Positions 20,316 to 29,094 of a stretch of DNA of 64,000 nt are shown here, one piece after another. How positions within the stretch are numbered: the first letter of the stretch is position 1; the number at the start of each line of letters is the position of its first letter. The notes beneath the pieces were generated by a model, which saw only the letters and a list, made by a program, of their open reading frames with translations, did not search any database and was not told the origin of the DNA. The stretch comes from an uncultured virus (IMG/VR IMGVR_UViG_3300020166_000018) (taxonomy: Duplodnaviria > Heunggongvirae > Uroviricota > Caudoviricetes), in IMG/VR virus record IMGVR_UViG_3300020166_000018. One strand, written 5' to 3'. The position numbers and the translations under genes are program-made.

Positions 20316-21515
20316 ATGAACAATTTCGATTTAACAAAATATTTAGCTGAAGGTAAGCTATTAAAAGAAGAACTTAATGGCCAAGAGGTAAAGTTCTTAG
20401 CACAATATATTGCTGATGCCTTTACTGAAGAAGATGCTGAAGGTGATAGATTTTCAACTTACATGGCCTACACCGTAGGTGATATAGACGGAAATTCATT
20501 CGAATTAGATACTAAAGCAACAGAAAAAACCCCAGAAGACGATGCTAAATATGGTACCGGTAGAGGTTGGGGTGGTTCGTTTAGAATCAAACCAATTGAA
20601 GGTGGATATGAAGTTAGAAACAGTGAAAAAGGTGGTTTAGTAGCTACTATCTCTGATCAAGGTGAACTTACAATGTTAGATGCTGAACAATCAAAAGCTG
20701 AAATGGGTGGAGATACTGACTACATGGAACGTAGAAAAGAAACAGACGATTACATGCAAGAAGTTTTAGGACAAATTAAAGAAACTTTAGATGATGAAGC
20801 ATTTGATATGGCTGAAAAAATCATTGATTCTCTTGGTGCTGAAAATGCAGTTGGAGAATTAGTTAGAGCAATGTCAACTGATGATGCTAAATTATACTTA
20901 GGTGGTATTATAAGAGACTATGATCTTAAAGAAGAAGAAGTTAAAGAAATTAAATCAAATAAAATGAAAAAATCAGAATTAAAAGAAATGATCAAAGCAG
21001 CTATGCTTGAAGACGCTCGTACAGATGCTGAACAAGAAGGCTACAAAGACGGATTCGAAGACGCTAAAGACGATATCGAAGACAAGTTAAAGGACATGAA
21101 AGTATCAGAAGCAGAAGATGTTGAAGTTGAAGACAACGAAGACATCGATGTTGATATCGAAAAAGATGTAGACGTTAAAGTTGACGACGAAGAATCAGAA
21201 GTAGACGTTGATATTAAAGCTTCAATGCCTGGCGAAAGCGAAGATGTAGAAGAAGTACAAGCTTTACTTATGAAAGCTCAAGAAGCTGCTCAAGCCTTTG
21301 GTGATGAGAAATTAATGGATCAAATTGGCAACACAATTACTTACTTTACTCGTTCACACGTAGCTGGAAACGTATCTGAAATGGATGACATGGATGTAAA
21401 CGTTAACACTACTGAAATGGAAGCTGAAATGGGTTTAGAAGAAGCTAAAGACGAAGAAGTTAAGGAAAACCTTAACGAATCAGTAGTATTCCCAATGTGG
21501 AATAAAATCAAATAA
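20316..21515 (+). CDS. Acidic hypothetical protein (putative head-internal) with EDARTDAE motif
   Basis: 399 aa; very D/E-rich; motif shared with the scaffold protein. Confidence 0.65.
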   Translation: MNNFDLTKYLAEGKLLKEELNGQEVKFLAQYIADAFTEEDAEGDRFSTYMAYTVGDIDGNSFELDTKATEKTPEDDAKYGTGRGWGGSFRIKPIEGGYEVRNSEKGGLVATISDQGELTMLDAEQSKAEMGGDTDYMERRKETDDYMQEVLGQIKETLDDEAFDMAEKIIDSLGAENAVGELVRAMSTDDAKLYLGGIIRDYDLKEEEVKEIKSNKMKKSELKEMIKAAMLEDARTDAEQEGYKDGFEDAKDDIEDKLKDMKVSEAEDVEVEDNEDIDVDIEKDVDVKVDDEESEVDVDIKASMPGESEDVEEVQALLMKAQEAAQAFGDEKLMDQIGNTITYFTRSHVAGNVSEMDDMDVNVNTTEMEAEMGLEEAKDEEVKENLNESVVFPMWNKIK

Positions 21516-21537
21516 TAATTTATAAATAATAAAAGCT

Positions 21538-21708
21538 ATGAACACTCAAGAATTAAAAGAACAACTAGACGCATTATACGAATCATTTACAATGGAGCAC
21601 GCAGGTACTTCTAAAGCAGCTCATGGTAGAGCTCGTAAAGCATTAGGTGGAATCAAAAAACTGATTTCTGAATATCGTAAAGCCTCAGTTGCTGAAGATA
21701 AAAAGTAA
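21538..21708 (+). CDS. Histone H1-like (Hc1-type) small DNA-binding protein
   Basis: Not in the ORF track (56 aa): MNTQELKEQLDALYESFTMEHAGTSKAAHGRARKALGGIKKLISEYRKASVAEDKK. KAA.RARKA..KKL..E.RK.S matches the Hc1/Bacteroidota histone-H1-like pattern. Confidence 0.7.
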   Translation: MNTQELKEQLDALYESFTMEHAGTSKAAHGRARKALGGIKKLISEYRKASVAEDKK

Positions 21709-21711
21709 GAC

Positions 21712-23064
21712 ATGAACGAACGTAAACTTACCAAATCTGAATTAGCTAAACGCGAAGATATCATCATGAAAATGAAGGATAACAAACGTGCGCTAGTTCA
21801 GAAATATGGTAAGGATGCGGAAGCAGTAATGTATGGTCGCGCTACTAATTTAGCAAAAAAGAAATCAGAAGGAATGGATCAAGATAAAATCAAAGAGTTA
21901 GTAAAAGATGCTCTTCAAAACCCAAAGAAAGCCGACTTAAATAAAGACGGTAAACTTTCGGACTACGAAAAAAAACGTGGAGCTGCTATCGAAAAAAATA
22001 TAGGCGAAGTAGATGCTACTGAAAAAGCTGCTAGCGATAAGATTGGTAGAGGCGAAGAATTCACTGACGATGATGCAGCTGCTGTAGCGGATAAAATGCC
22101 TAAAATCTCTAAAGATAAGGAATTCAAATTAGTAGGAGAAGAATTTTTAGATCCTGAAGATTTCGAAGGTGTTTTAGATAACACTAAATTTGCTGATTTA
22201 AGTGCAGATGATGTTAATGATGTCTTCAAAGAAGATTTAGATTTAGGTCATCAAGACAACGAACCACACATGCTAAAAGCTGACCTATACCGTATTGGAA
22301 AATACGCTATGGAACTTTATCAAATGGTAGATGAGTTTGAAGGTAAAGGTGAAGTAGATTTCCCACACTGGTGGCAAGCTAAAATCATCAAATCTAAAGA
22401 CATGCTAGTCTCAGCTAAACATTACCTAGATTTTGAGGTTAACGAACCACAAATCGATGCTATGGTAGATGTAGCTCAAGATGTTGAAGCAATTGATGAG
22501 TTTGATGATAAATCTATGAAGGCCTATGGAGATGCTGTTAAAAAAGCTTATGGGGTTAAAGATAAAAAAGATAAAAAACCTGTTAAAGAAGGTTCTTGGT
22601 CATTAGGTTCAGTTAACGATATTAAAGCCGCTATCCAAACTATGGAAATGGGCTTAGATATGGACGATACTGAACTTGAAAAGCACTTACAAGACAACGA
22701 TGCTTACTTCTACAATGTTTTAGGCGATGATGAATTGCATGATCCTTTAAGTAGAGCATACGATTTAGCTGCTATGGGTAATGAAGATAGAGCTCATAAC
22801 GAATTATCAGATGCAATTGGTAGAGCATACGATTTACTTGCATTTGCAGAAAAAAGAGAAGGTGTCAAAGAAGGCTTACCTAAAGGATATTGGGATAAGA
22901 AGATGGATGCTAAAGATGAAGTAAGCGAAGATTACGATGCTTTAGTAAACAAAATCAAAAAACAAGGCAAATCAGAAAAAGCTGCTAAAGCAATTGCTGG
23001 TGCTGTAGCTTCATATAAAGCCAAAGGTGGTGGTAAAGGTCCAACTGCTAAACAAAAAGGATAA
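21712..23064 (+). CDS. Hypothetical protein (putative head-internal) with EF-hand-like loop
   Basis: 450 aa; DLNKDGKLSDYE; DFPHWWQAKI. Confidence 0.65.
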   Translation: MNERKLTKSELAKREDIIMKMKDNKRALVQKYGKDAEAVMYGRATNLAKKKSEGMDQDKIKELVKDALQNPKKADLNKDGKLSDYEKKRGAAIEKNIGEVDATEKAASDKIGRGEEFTDDDAAAVADKMPKISKDKEFKLVGEEFLDPEDFEGVLDNTKFADLSADDVNDVFKEDLDLGHQDNEPHMLKADLYRIGKYAMELYQMVDEFEGKGEVDFPHWWQAKIIKSKDMLVSAKHYLDFEVNEPQIDAMVDVAQDVEAIDEFDDKSMKAYGDAVKKAYGVKDKKDKKPVKEGSWSLGSVNDIKAAIQTMEMGLDMDDTELEKHLQDNDAYFYNVLGDDELHDPLSRAYDLAAMGNEDRAHNELSDAIGRAYDLLAFAEKREGVKEGLPKGYWDKKMDAKDEVSEDYDALVNKIKKQGKSEKAAKAIAGAVASYKAKGGGKGPTAKQKG

Positions 23065-23570
23065 TGACTAAACAGGAACTAAGAGATAAAATCAAGGTCT
23101 TAGTTAAAACCGTTTATAGAGATAGAGTAAGCATAGAGCAAGCTGCAGTCGAATATGACGAATTAACTAAATTCCCAGAATTGAAGGACGTAATAGTATC
23201 TCTATTAGGTCCACAATTTGATTTATTCGTAGCATCAATTGATTGGGTTGCTCCAAAACCCACTACATTCCGTATTAACCTTAAAAACGGTGAAAATTTC
23301 TATTTAGTTTATACTCCTAGAACATTTGTTGCTGAGATTGAAGGTAAAAAATATTACTTACTTAACTTAAACGAGCAAGAGAATGCTGAAAACGCTATTG
23401 CTCGTATTTTAAGATATGGTGCTCCTGATATAGGAGGAACCCAAGATGCTGCTGAATTCGATACAGGCAGTTCAGGTGGTGATTTCCCAGAAGAAACCTC
23501 AACTGATGTAACAGTTGATGCTGGTGGAGATGATGTAGAAGTAGATACAGAAACAGACGTAGAAGCATAA
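23064..23570 (+). CDS. Hypothetical protein with acidic tail
   Basis: 168 aa; TAATG coupling at both ends. Confidence 0.65.
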   Translation: MTKQELRDKIKVLVKTVYRDRVSIEQAAVEYDELTKFPELKDVIVSLLGPQFDLFVASIDWVAPKPTTFRINLKNGENFYLVYTPRTFVAEIEGKKYYLLNLNEQENAENAIARILRYGAPDIGGTQDAAEFDTGSSGGDFPEETSTDVTVDAGGDDVEVDTETDVEA

Positions 23571-24691
23571 TGGATGTATTAGATAAATTTTTTCAAAAAT
23601 ACGCTTATAAATTTGATAAGGGATATCCTGACATGAATAATGAGCAGGATATTGCTTTGTTAGAATCGTTATTAAGTGAAGTATTAGGTGAAAATTTTAC
23701 ATTAATATCTGAAGCTACAGATGCTGAAGAAGGAGTTGAAATTCTTAAAGATAAATTTGAATTTAAGGATGAAGACTTTATTAAAGTATCGGGTAATAGA
23801 TATAAAGTATTAGTTCCTAGAGCAGAACGTTTTGATTATGCTCAAAAAATGGATGCTTTAGAAGATTTTACATTTGACCCAAATGCTAAAGGTTCCTCAA
23901 TGGGTGGTATAACATATAAAGGTGCTACATTTTTATTAAAACCTACAGGAGCCCAAGGTAGAGCATCAGCCGGTACAGAAAATGAAGATATCTTAGAGAA
24001 CGAATTAAAAAAATATCTAGAAGATGGTCCTAAAAATGTAGTATTTGTTGGTTCAAATAAAAACTATGCTACTAGAGCTATTAAAGATGTTGTAGGTGTA
24101 GGATATGATGTTGCTGGAGGTAAAAAAGCAGATGTTGTTTTAAAAGGTGATAAAGACTATCCTATATCAATTAAAAAAGACAATGCTGGTTTCTGGGAAA
24201 GCTCCGATACTAGATATAAAGATGTAGTTGCTAAATTATCCGAAAAAATTAAAAGGGGTGACTTTGCTCCCGAATTAACATTTAGGCCTTTTACTGATAA
24301 ATTGGGTAACCAAAAAGAAGGTATTAATGTTATGTATAATGAAGATACAGGCAAAAAAGTTACAGGTGTTATTGTAACTGATCTACCTTCAAAAGATGAA
24401 GAATCTATCATATTTGGTTCAGATGATGCTGTAGTTATTTATAGAACATATTCACCAAAAGATTTTAGTGAAGAAGGTGATACTGTTAGAGTTGAAGTTT
24501 CAAAAATTATTGAAGATTTAAGTGATGTAGAAGCATTTAATTTAGAACCTGTACTCAATATTAGACATGATTCAACACGTAAAGCCACTGGTGGTCTAAG
24601 AGCTACAGTACAACCTGAAAACTTACTGTATAAAAATGGTAAATTAACAGGAGATAAAGTAGAATTATCGTATAACGAAATAATGAAATAA
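23570..24691 (+). CDS. Putative PD-(D/E)xK-fold nuclease-like protein
   Basis: GTENE..KKADVVL..YPISIKK resembles a restriction-endonuclease-like catalytic motif. Confidence 0.45.
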   Translation: MDVLDKFFQKYAYKFDKGYPDMNNEQDIALLESLLSEVLGENFTLISEATDAEEGVEILKDKFEFKDEDFIKVSGNRYKVLVPRAERFDYAQKMDALEDFTFDPNAKGSSMGGITYKGATFLLKPTGAQGRASAGTENEDILENELKKYLEDGPKNVVFVGSNKNYATRAIKDVVGVGYDVAGGKKADVVLKGDKDYPISIKKDNAGFWESSDTRYKDVVAKLSEKIKRGDFAPELTFRPFTDKLGNQKEGINVMYNEDTGKKVTGVIVTDLPSKDEESIIFGSDDAVVIYRTYSPKDFSEEGDTVRVEVSKIIEDLSDVEAFNLEPVLNIRHDSTRKATGGLRATVQPENLLYKNGKLTGDKVELSYNEIMK

Positions 24692-24692
24692 T

Positions 24693-25316
24693 ATGTGCGA
24701 TTGCGGATGTAATGATTGTGGAGGTTCAAAACCAGTAATGCTAAACGAAAGTTTAGCTCCAAAAGAAATCTTATCTGAAGGTTTAAAATACCACATGGAT
24801 AACGACATGCCCCTTACAGAGCATGTGTACCGTGCTGGATCGCAAAAATATTTTGAATTATGGGCTGAAGCCCGCGCTTTATACAGTAGAGGTATATTAG
24901 AGGTAACTGACAATGATCTTGAGGTATTAACTGAAACAGATTTGGGTCATTTCGGTGTGGTTGATGGTCAAAAAGTACCATTAGATTTCCCTATCGAATT
25001 AACAGAAGGTGAAATCGATGAAGCTAAGAAAAAGAAAAACAATAAAAAATTAAACAAACCAATGCGTGACTCTTCAGGAGGTAAAGCATATAAGGTTTAT
25101 GTTAAAGACCCTAAAACCAAAAAAATCAAAACAGTACGTTTTGGTTCAGGTGGTCTAAGAGCTAAAATCAATGATAAAAAAGCACGTAACGCGTTTGCAA
25201 AACGTCACAAATGTGCTCAAAAGAAGGATAAAACTAAAGCAGGATATTGGTCTTGCCGCTTACCACGTTATGCAAAATTACTCGGACTCAAATCAAACTT
25301 CGGAGGGTTCTGGTAA
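24693..25316 (+). CDS. Conserved phage protein with basic Cys/His C-terminal module
   Basis: 207 aa; KTVRFG..ARNAFAKRHKC..KAGYWSC. Confidence 0.65.
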   Translation: MCDCGCNDCGGSKPVMLNESLAPKEILSEGLKYHMDNDMPLTEHVYRAGSQKYFELWAEARALYSRGILEVTDNDLEVLTETDLGHFGVVDGQKVPLDFPIELTEGEIDEAKKKKNNKKLNKPMRDSSGGKAYKVYVKDPKTKKIKTVRFGSGGLRAKINDKKARNAFAKRHKCAQKKDKTKAGYWSCRLPRYAKLLGLKSNFGGFW

Positions 25317-25572
25317 ACCATACACCGATTTAGAGATTACAGACAAATACATTATTCGTGAATTCGGAGACGACATTGACCCAATAGAGTTAATGTGGCA
25401 TCGAGATGATGAAGACCGAACAATCGAGATTTTAGGAGAGACAGACTGGGCAATCCAGTTAGAGGATAATTTGCCTACCTCACTAAATAGTCGTATATTC
25501 ATAAAACGCCATGAGTGGCACCGTGTTATAAAAGGCACGGGTAATTTAATACTTAAAATACATTTAGATTAA
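25270..25572 (+). CDS. Small cupin-like phage protein (start uncertain)
   Basis: KPYTDLE..ELMWHRDDEDR..HEWHRVIKG; the nearest in-frame ATG is 25270, inside the upstream gene. Confidence 0.6.
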   Translation: MQNYSDSNQTSEGSGKPYTDLEITDKYIIREFGDDIDPIELMWHRDDEDRTIEILGETDWAIQLEDNLPTSLNSRIFIKRHEWHRVIKGTGNLILKIHLD

Positions 25573-26103
25573 ATGCAAGAGGTTATATTCATTATTGGTC
25601 TTCCGGGTTCTGGTAAAAGTACTTTAATAGAATATTATAAATCCCACCCTTTTATAGATTATAAAATCTACGATGATTGGATGACTTGGACTCATGATGG
25701 TCAAGATAAAGAATTTATAGCAGATGTTAATTATAAAGAATTACTTAAAACCTTAAACCAAGGCATCAGTACTATAATATCAGGTATTGAATTTTGTAAT
25801 AATGAATTTTTACATAAATCCGAATATTATTTAAAAACTAAATTCCCAAATCTTAATATTAAAAGGGTTTATTTTGAAAATGACCCCCAAAAATCAGAAT
25901 CTAATATTCGATATAGAGACAAACAACAAGGAGGTTATTGGGAAGCTAATGAAGAAGGTGAAATGTGGTATTATGGTACTATATTTGAAAACACCCCTCT
26001 TTATAGGATAGAAATACAACGTACTAAAGACCTTAGCCCAAACTATATAATTCCTAAGGGTTCAACCATATTTCCAATCGTAGTACAACAGACTGATTCA
26101 TAG
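25573..26103 (+). CDS. P-loop NTPase/kinase (AAA_33-like)
   Basis: IIGLPGSGKSTL Walker A. Confidence 0.65.
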   Translation: MQEVIFIIGLPGSGKSTLIEYYKSHPFIDYKIYDDWMTWTHDGQDKEFIADVNYKELLKTLNQGISTIISGIEFCNNEFLHKSEYYLKTKFPNLNIKRVYFENDPQKSESNIRYRDKQQGGYWEANEEGEMWYYGTIFENTPLYRIEIQRTKDLSPNYIIPKGSTIFPIVVQQTDS

Positions 26104-26149
26104 CCAGTCGATTCTAATTTAATTTTTTATGGGAGCTGTGGCCCCACAA

Positions 26150-26181
26150 TTTGGAACCCCCAAATATCTTTCGTATATTTA
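26150..26181 (+). promoter_or_regulatory. Putative promoter TTTG-N20-TATATTTA
   Basis: TTTG at 26150-26153 and TATATTTA at 26174-26181; 16-nt identity with 14171-14186. Confidence 0.65.
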
Positions 26182-26201
26182 AGGGTTAAAAATAAAAGTA
26201 A

Positions 26202-27557
26202 ATGGCAGAAAAACTAGTAATCGTAGGCGCTGGTGTAGCAGGTGTTAATGCTGCAACTAAGCTAGTAGACAACGGATTCCCAGGAGAAAATATTACAATC
26301 ATTGATATGGGTAAAGATCCATATCGCAGACCATATTCAGAGGTAATGACTGGATTCTTAGGTGCTGGTGGTTGGAGTGATGGTAAATTAACTTATCATA
26401 CAGCAATTGGAGGACATATGTCTAAGTATTGTGGTGAAGAAAAAGCAATGGAATTGTTTGATGAAGTAATCAACAATTTTAAACGTTTCCACCCTAAACC
26501 AGAGGAAGTACAATGTTCAAATCCAGTTGCGGAACCAGATTTTATTAAACCATATTTTGGTTTACGTTTGTTCCCTGTATGGCATGTTGGTACCGATTAC
26601 CTACATGAGATTGGTAAAAATTGGTATGACTTTTTAGTTGATAATGGTGTTGAGTTTATTTGGGAGACTAAAGTAACTTCAATTGATTTTGATGCTCAAG
26701 AATTATTTATAGGAGAAGAGGAATCATTCATTAATCCTAAAAATTGGCCTATTAATTATGACCGCCTAATGTTTGCCGTAGGCAAATCAGGAATTGACTT
26801 TGGTAAGCAATTGGCTACAGATTATAAATTACCTACTGAACCTAAACCAGTACAAATTGGGGTGCGATTTGAGGCACCACAAAAACACTTCCAGAAACTT
26901 ATTGATGTAAGTTATGATTTTAAATTATACAGAAAATTCGAAGAAGAAGGCGTCTCGTTACGTTCCTTCTGTACTAACAACAACGCAGCTTATGTTGCCG
27001 TTGAAGAAACGTATGGAGATCATTCGTACAATGGACACGCTAAAAAAGACGAATCATTTAGAAACGATATGACCAATTTTGGTATCTTGATGGAAGTTCA
27101 AGGTATCGACGAACCATTTACTTGGTCTAGAGATTTAGTATCTAAAGTAAATAAAGATGGTACAGGTTTATATTATAGCCCAACACGTACTCCATCTACA
27201 ACATCTGAAGGTGAGAACGTAAGCGCTGTTACTATCAGTGAGATGGATGAAGTAAGAGAAGCATTCCAAGGTTACTATACATACATTGATGATTTTATTG
27301 ATGATATGAAAAAAGTATTTCCAACATTAGAAGATGATTGGGGTGTTTACATTCCTGAAGTCAAGTATCTATCACCTGAACCATTAGTAAATTATAGTGA
27401 CTTGTCATTAATTGATTATGATAATGTTCACTTTGTAGGTGATGCTCTATCAGCTCGTGGTATTACAGTATCAGGGGCACAAGGAATTTATGTTGTAGAT
27501 TCTATTTTAGAGGCACATTTCCCAGAAGAATACCCAGAATTTTTTGAAAACTATTAA
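26202..27557 (+). CDS. FAD-dependent oxidoreductase (uncharacterised FAD-dependent dehydrogenase family)
   Basis: IVGAGVAG Rossmann motif; GFLGAGGWSDGKL; IGVRFE; RSFCTN; FVGDA..RGI. Confidence 0.85.
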   Translation: MAEKLVIVGAGVAGVNAATKLVDNGFPGENITIIDMGKDPYRRPYSEVMTGFLGAGGWSDGKLTYHTAIGGHMSKYCGEEKAMELFDEVINNFKRFHPKPEEVQCSNPVAEPDFIKPYFGLRLFPVWHVGTDYLHEIGKNWYDFLVDNGVEFIWETKVTSIDFDAQELFIGEEESFINPKNWPINYDRLMFAVGKSGIDFGKQLATDYKLPTEPKPVQIGVRFEAPQKHFQKLIDVSYDFKLYRKFEEEGVSLRSFCTNNNAAYVAVEETYGDHSYNGHAKKDESFRNDMTNFGILMEVQGIDEPFTWSRDLVSKVNKDGTGLYYSPTRTPSTTSEGENVSAVTISEMDEVREAFQGYYTYIDDFIDDMKKVFPTLEDDWGVYIPEVKYLSPEPLVNYSDLSLIDYDNVHFVGDALSARGITVSGAQGIYVVDSILEAHFPEEYPEFFENY

Positions 27558-27569
27558 ATAAAATAAGTT

Positions 27570-27851
27570 ATGGCTAAGAAGAACAAATTATACGAGTACA
27601 AAGAGATTAATTCTCGAGGAGCAAATATTCACCTCGCAAGATATGTAGGTGAAGAAAATTGGAAATTTCATAGATGGGATGGACCCGCAATTGAACCTTA
27701 TGACACGGATAGTGAAATGGTCAAATCTTATTACCTAAACGGTATCCAGTATAATTATGAAAGTTATATGGAAATTATGCAAGAGCGTGAAGGTTTACCT
27801 TGGTATAAAAACCAATCAATGAAAGCATTATTAACTGATTACAGAAACTAA
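27570..27851 (+). CDS. Hypothetical protein
   Basis: 93 aa; HRWDGPAIE..YYLNG. Confidence 0.65.
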   Translation: MAKKNKLYEYKEINSRGANIHLARYVGEENWKFHRWDGPAIEPYDTDSEMVKSYYLNGIQYNYESYMEIMQEREGLPWYKNQSMKALLTDYRN

Positions 27852-28195
27852 TGAATTATACCGAAGAAAGACCTTGGGGTAAATTTGAAAATCTTCTAGA
27901 ATCAGATTACTGTAAAGTAAAACAAATCACAGTAAAACCAGGTGGACGACTCTCATACCAATACCATGACCAGCGCTCTGAACGTTGGGTCTTGGTGCAA
28001 GGTAAAGCAGTTGTAAAACTTGATGATTTTGAATATGATAAAGAAGCGGGTGATGCTATCTACATTCCTCAAGGAATGAAACACAATATCTGGAATCCCC
28101 ACGAAGAAGATTGTATATTCATAGAAGTACAAACCGGGACTTATTTCGGTGAAGATGATATAGTAAGGTTAGACGATATATACGGAAGGTCATGA
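27851..28195 (+). CDS. Mannose-6-phosphate isomerase type II C-terminal cupin domain protein
   Basis: ERPWGKF..VKQITVKPGGRLSYQYH..RSERW..IEVQTGTYFGEDDIVR. Confidence 0.88.
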   Translation: MNYTEERPWGKFENLLESDYCKVKQITVKPGGRLSYQYHDQRSERWVLVQGKAVVKLDDFEYDKEAGDAIYIPQGMKHNIWNPHEEDCIFIEVQTGTYFGEDDIVRLDDIYGRS

Positions 28196-28722
28196 AAATA
28201 GGATTATGCGGAACAATGAGTGTGGGTAAAACTACACTCGTTAACGCTCTTAAGGAGCGAGATGAATTTAAGGACTACATGTTTAGAACAGAACGTTCTA
28301 AAGAATTAATGGCTCAAGGTATTCCATTGAATACTGATTCAACATTAAAAGGTCAAACAGTATTTTTAGCTGAGCGTACTAGTGAACTAATGTGCGAAAA
28401 TGTAATCACAGATAGAACTGTAGTTGATGTTATGGCATTTGCTAAAGCATCTAAATCTATGAATTATGTTGATAAGGAAGAGTTTATAAATTATGCTAAA
28501 CGTTTTATTAGAGAATACGATTACATCTTTTATGTCTCACCTGTAGGGGTAGAGATTGAAGATAATGGTATTAGAGAAACTAATGTAGATTATAGAGATT
28601 TAATTGATTTTACTATTAGTAATCTTATTGATGCTAATAAACATCGCTTTAAAAATCTTAACACATTATCGGGTAGCACCGAAGAACGCATTGAGCAAAT
28701 GCTAGAGGTGATCTCTCTGTAA
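28192..28722 (+). CDS. NadR-type/AAA_28 P-loop kinase
   Basis: GLCGTMSVGKTTL; ITDRTVVD; YDYIFY..EDNGIR. Confidence 0.75.
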   Translation: MKIGLCGTMSVGKTTLVNALKERDEFKDYMFRTERSKELMAQGIPLNTDSTLKGQTVFLAERTSELMCENVITDRTVVDVMAFAKASKSMNYVDKEEFINYAKRFIREYDYIFYVSPVGVEIEDNGIRETNVDYRDLIDFTISNLIDANKHRFKNLNTLSGSTEERIEQMLEVISL

Positions 28723-28746
28723 TATTTATAATAAAACAATATTATA

Positions 28747-29094
28747 ATGAAACGTTCAGAATTAGCAGAATATATCAAAGAAACCATTGTAGATGTGCTT
28801 CAAGAAGTATCTCAAGAAGATGTTGATACTTTAAAAGCCTATAATGACGAATTAGAAAAAACAAAAGAATTATCTACAGATTTAACTGAAGATGATGATG
28901 TTGAACCAACAGCTAAAGATATTAAAAAGAACGATTCGATATCTACCATTTCTCGTAAACTACAAGATACATCTAAAGAGATGAAAGCTGTAGTTAATAA
29001 ATGGAAAAAAGCAGAAGGTGAAGATAAAGAAAGATTATTAGCTCGTTTAAAAGAACTAACTAAAATCAAAAAAGAACTTGAAGGGTTACTTTAA
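28747..29094 (+). CDS. Hypothetical coiled-coil protein
   Basis: 115 aa following the ATATTTATA motif. Confidence 0.65.
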   Translation: MKRSELAEYIKETIVDVLQEVSQEDVDTLKAYNDELEKTKELSTDLTEDDDVEPTAKDIKKNDSISTISRKLQDTSKEMKAVVNKWKKAEGEDKERLLARLKELTKIKKELEGLL

